The notes beneath the pieces were generated by a model, which searched no databases, was not told the DNA's origin, and was given only the letters and a program-made list of their open reading frames with translations. 64,000 nt of DNA from the human T2T-CHM13v2.0 reference genome, Homo sapiens: NCBI RefSeq assembly GCF_009914755.1, contig NC_060928.1; one strand, 5' to 3'. The stretch's first letter is position 1. Each line of letters starts with the position of its first letter. This document shows, piece after piece, positions 61,613 through 64,000 of the stretch. A program made the position numbers and the translations under genes.

Positions 61613-64000
61613 TGCAACTAAAAATTAAGGCTGTATATACCTTACCAGCAGGCAAGAAAACAACCAAGATAATCATGCTACATTCATTACATGTAACTCT
61701 AATAACTTTTAACTGAACTTGCTTTTCTCAAAGAAACTTTTGATAATGGTTTAAAAATATTCCGGGCCAAGCAAAATACAAATAAACATGGAATACAAGA
61801 CTATTTTATGCATACATTGTATAGAAACTACAGAATGTGCCACATTTACTAATTGCCAAGAAAAACTTATTTTTAAAGTTCCTAATCCTCTGCCGACTTT
61901 CCTTGAGTATATGTAGGGAAACAGAGGTACGGTTGGGATAGGGAGCCACAAAGTGGAGCAGGCAACCTAATGACAGCCTGTGAAGCAAAGAGAACAATGA
62001 CACGAATGCCCTGCTGCCAGCGTCCAAGCCCACTCTCCACATTAGCCATCGTGGTGCAAAATAACAAAGCAACAGTGATGTCTGGTGTGTCCTGGCACAC
62101 GGCAGTACACTGCGATGAAGAAAAATGATTTTCTAAAGCAAACGCCTAGCTTCCTGTTGGAACATCCTATCACAGGCATGGTGCTGGTAAAGGGCAGAGA
62201 CAGAGTAGCCAAAGCCCAGATTTCAGAATACTCTGAATAAGTAATGTCATACCCACCCACACTCAGAACATTGCTGGGTGAAACTGGCCCCATCTCTCCT
62301 TTCTTCTCTCATTGGTCCACTACCCACTCTCCTTATCTTTCAGCACCGGAGTTCATGTAAGTTCTAATATACACACACAAACTCTTCAACCACCTACTTT
62401 CCCCTCTCTTTCTAACACTTATTCACTAATTTTAAAAAAAAACTTATTTTACATTTTCAATGTATACTTCTTCCTCCCCCTTTTTTTTCTCTCTTTATTT
62501 CCTTCATTAGAAGTATTCAGGAATGTAATCAGCATCCTAGGACTCTACAGTTGTCCCCACAGCACCAATATTCTACTTTACAAAGTGCCTGAAGGAAATA
62601 CCTTGGCTAAGCAGTTACTGGTCATGGGAAAGAAATTTTTGCCTACAATGGGACCTAAATAAGATGAGAAGATTTAAGATAAGACCTGCCAAAATGTTAT
62701 ACAGTTTTCTAGCCTGATTAAGGATCATATTCAGCATCAACTTGTATTTCCCAGGAAATCACTGTAAATGTATCTCTCTAGCAGCAGTGATTTCCTATTG
62801 TCAATGTAACTTTGGCAAGCGGCTACTTCTTGGAATTGGAGTGCTGCTTATTCTTTGGAACTGTCTCAAGAGGAGGTCAGTTGGTAATTTGGATTAATTG
62901 GGGGATATAAGTAGAAGCATGGAAATGGTATGTGAAAAGATAATCCAGAACCTGTGATGAACAACTACCCTTTAAAAATGTTAAACATTCAGACTATTAG
63001 GCATGCTGGAAGATGAGCAGTCAGTCAGATTCCCAAAGGATTATGCCCAGAGGCGAAAAGGAAAAGAGTCTGTATCAACTGCATTTATTAAAGACATTTC
63101 CATGTGAAAGAGAAATGAGAAGCAGCTTATATGTGCTTTCTACTTTTAGCTTTACTGTATATGACATTTACCTGGCCTATATGGACAAAAAAGGTACAGT
63201 TCAATAGGCTATTTACCGTACAAGTGCTTTTTAGAGAGCAATACTATTCTATTTAGAATTTTTTAAATACATGTGAAATGAAAGAGTATTTTCTGAATTA
63301 AAAAATAAAATCCTATCATGTGTCTTCTAAAAAGAAACAGCAAGCTTGAGGATAAGACACTTAATACATTGTGTTAGTTCTAAGACTATATTTATATTTT
63401 TATAAATAATATTTATTAAAAAATTTAATGCTTTTAGTTGGCTCTTCTTAACCTAAAACTTTGCTTTTTTGCATTTTCAGAAGATTTTAGTTTTCTTAGT
63501 TTGTTAGTGACACTTGGGAGATTGTTTTCCTTTTTTTCTTTGAACAATACTATCAGAGAGTCTATTTGTTCTGTCTTAATTATATCTACAGCTTGTATTA
63601 GATTTGGATACCTCTTTAATTTGGAAGTTAGTTTTTTATTTTTGGGTTTCTTTTCATTGAAAAATACTGAAAAATTTTACTGATTCAGACTTTTCATAAT
63701 AAATGTAAGAGCATAACTATTATCTTTATGATCTTATGGTCACTTGTAGTTTAAAATGTTCTCATTTATAAAATCTCAATTTGATATTGAGGGGCTAACA
63801 ACCCAGGGAGTGGGGAATTCCCATCCACATTGTTCAGAGGAATGCAAGGTCAGTGATAGGAAGTGACTTATGAACAAACTGCAGAGCTGTAGCTTGAATT
63901 CTGATTTATTCCAGCTATTTATCTCCTCTATACTATATGTGCAAGAAACAGCTTGCAGACTGGATCTGTAGAAAAGCATACAGTTTCAGAGAAAGGTACC

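Overview
Human (or great-ape) genomic DNA, AT-rich and rich in Alu, L1, L2 and MIR repeats, with no prokaryotic features. The main feature is the 3' two-thirds of SEC24D (COPII cargo adaptor) on the minus strand. Its 15 coding exons (9-23 in the usual numbering) were reconstructed by hand. All have GT-AG boundaries and consistent phases, and they total 2058 nt (685 aa plus stop), from the CxxC..CxxC zinc finger to the C-terminus ...KEICQLLN*. The 3' UTR has AATAAA at 12157-12162. The first ~4.75 kb is probably the long 3' UTR of the convergent neighbour METTL14, inferred from known gene order because no METTL14 coding sequence is visible. Most ORFs in the supplied track are Alu, L1 or chance ORFs. 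I cannot establish a new biological system from sequence alone. The best leads are: (1) a candidate 27-nt in-frame SEC24D microexon containing a strong-Kozak ATG; (2) a poly(A)-tailed Tigger2 fragment that appears retrotransposed into an L1; (3) a near-perfect ~70-nt non-Alu intronic hairpin; (4) a ~250-bp non-Alu inverted duplication in intron 11; (5) a cryptic exon matching exon 10 in length and phase; (6) two MER2 copies each hit by an Alu monomer at the same site. Repeat subfamily names come from recalled consensus sequences, and boundaries of old repeats are approximate.
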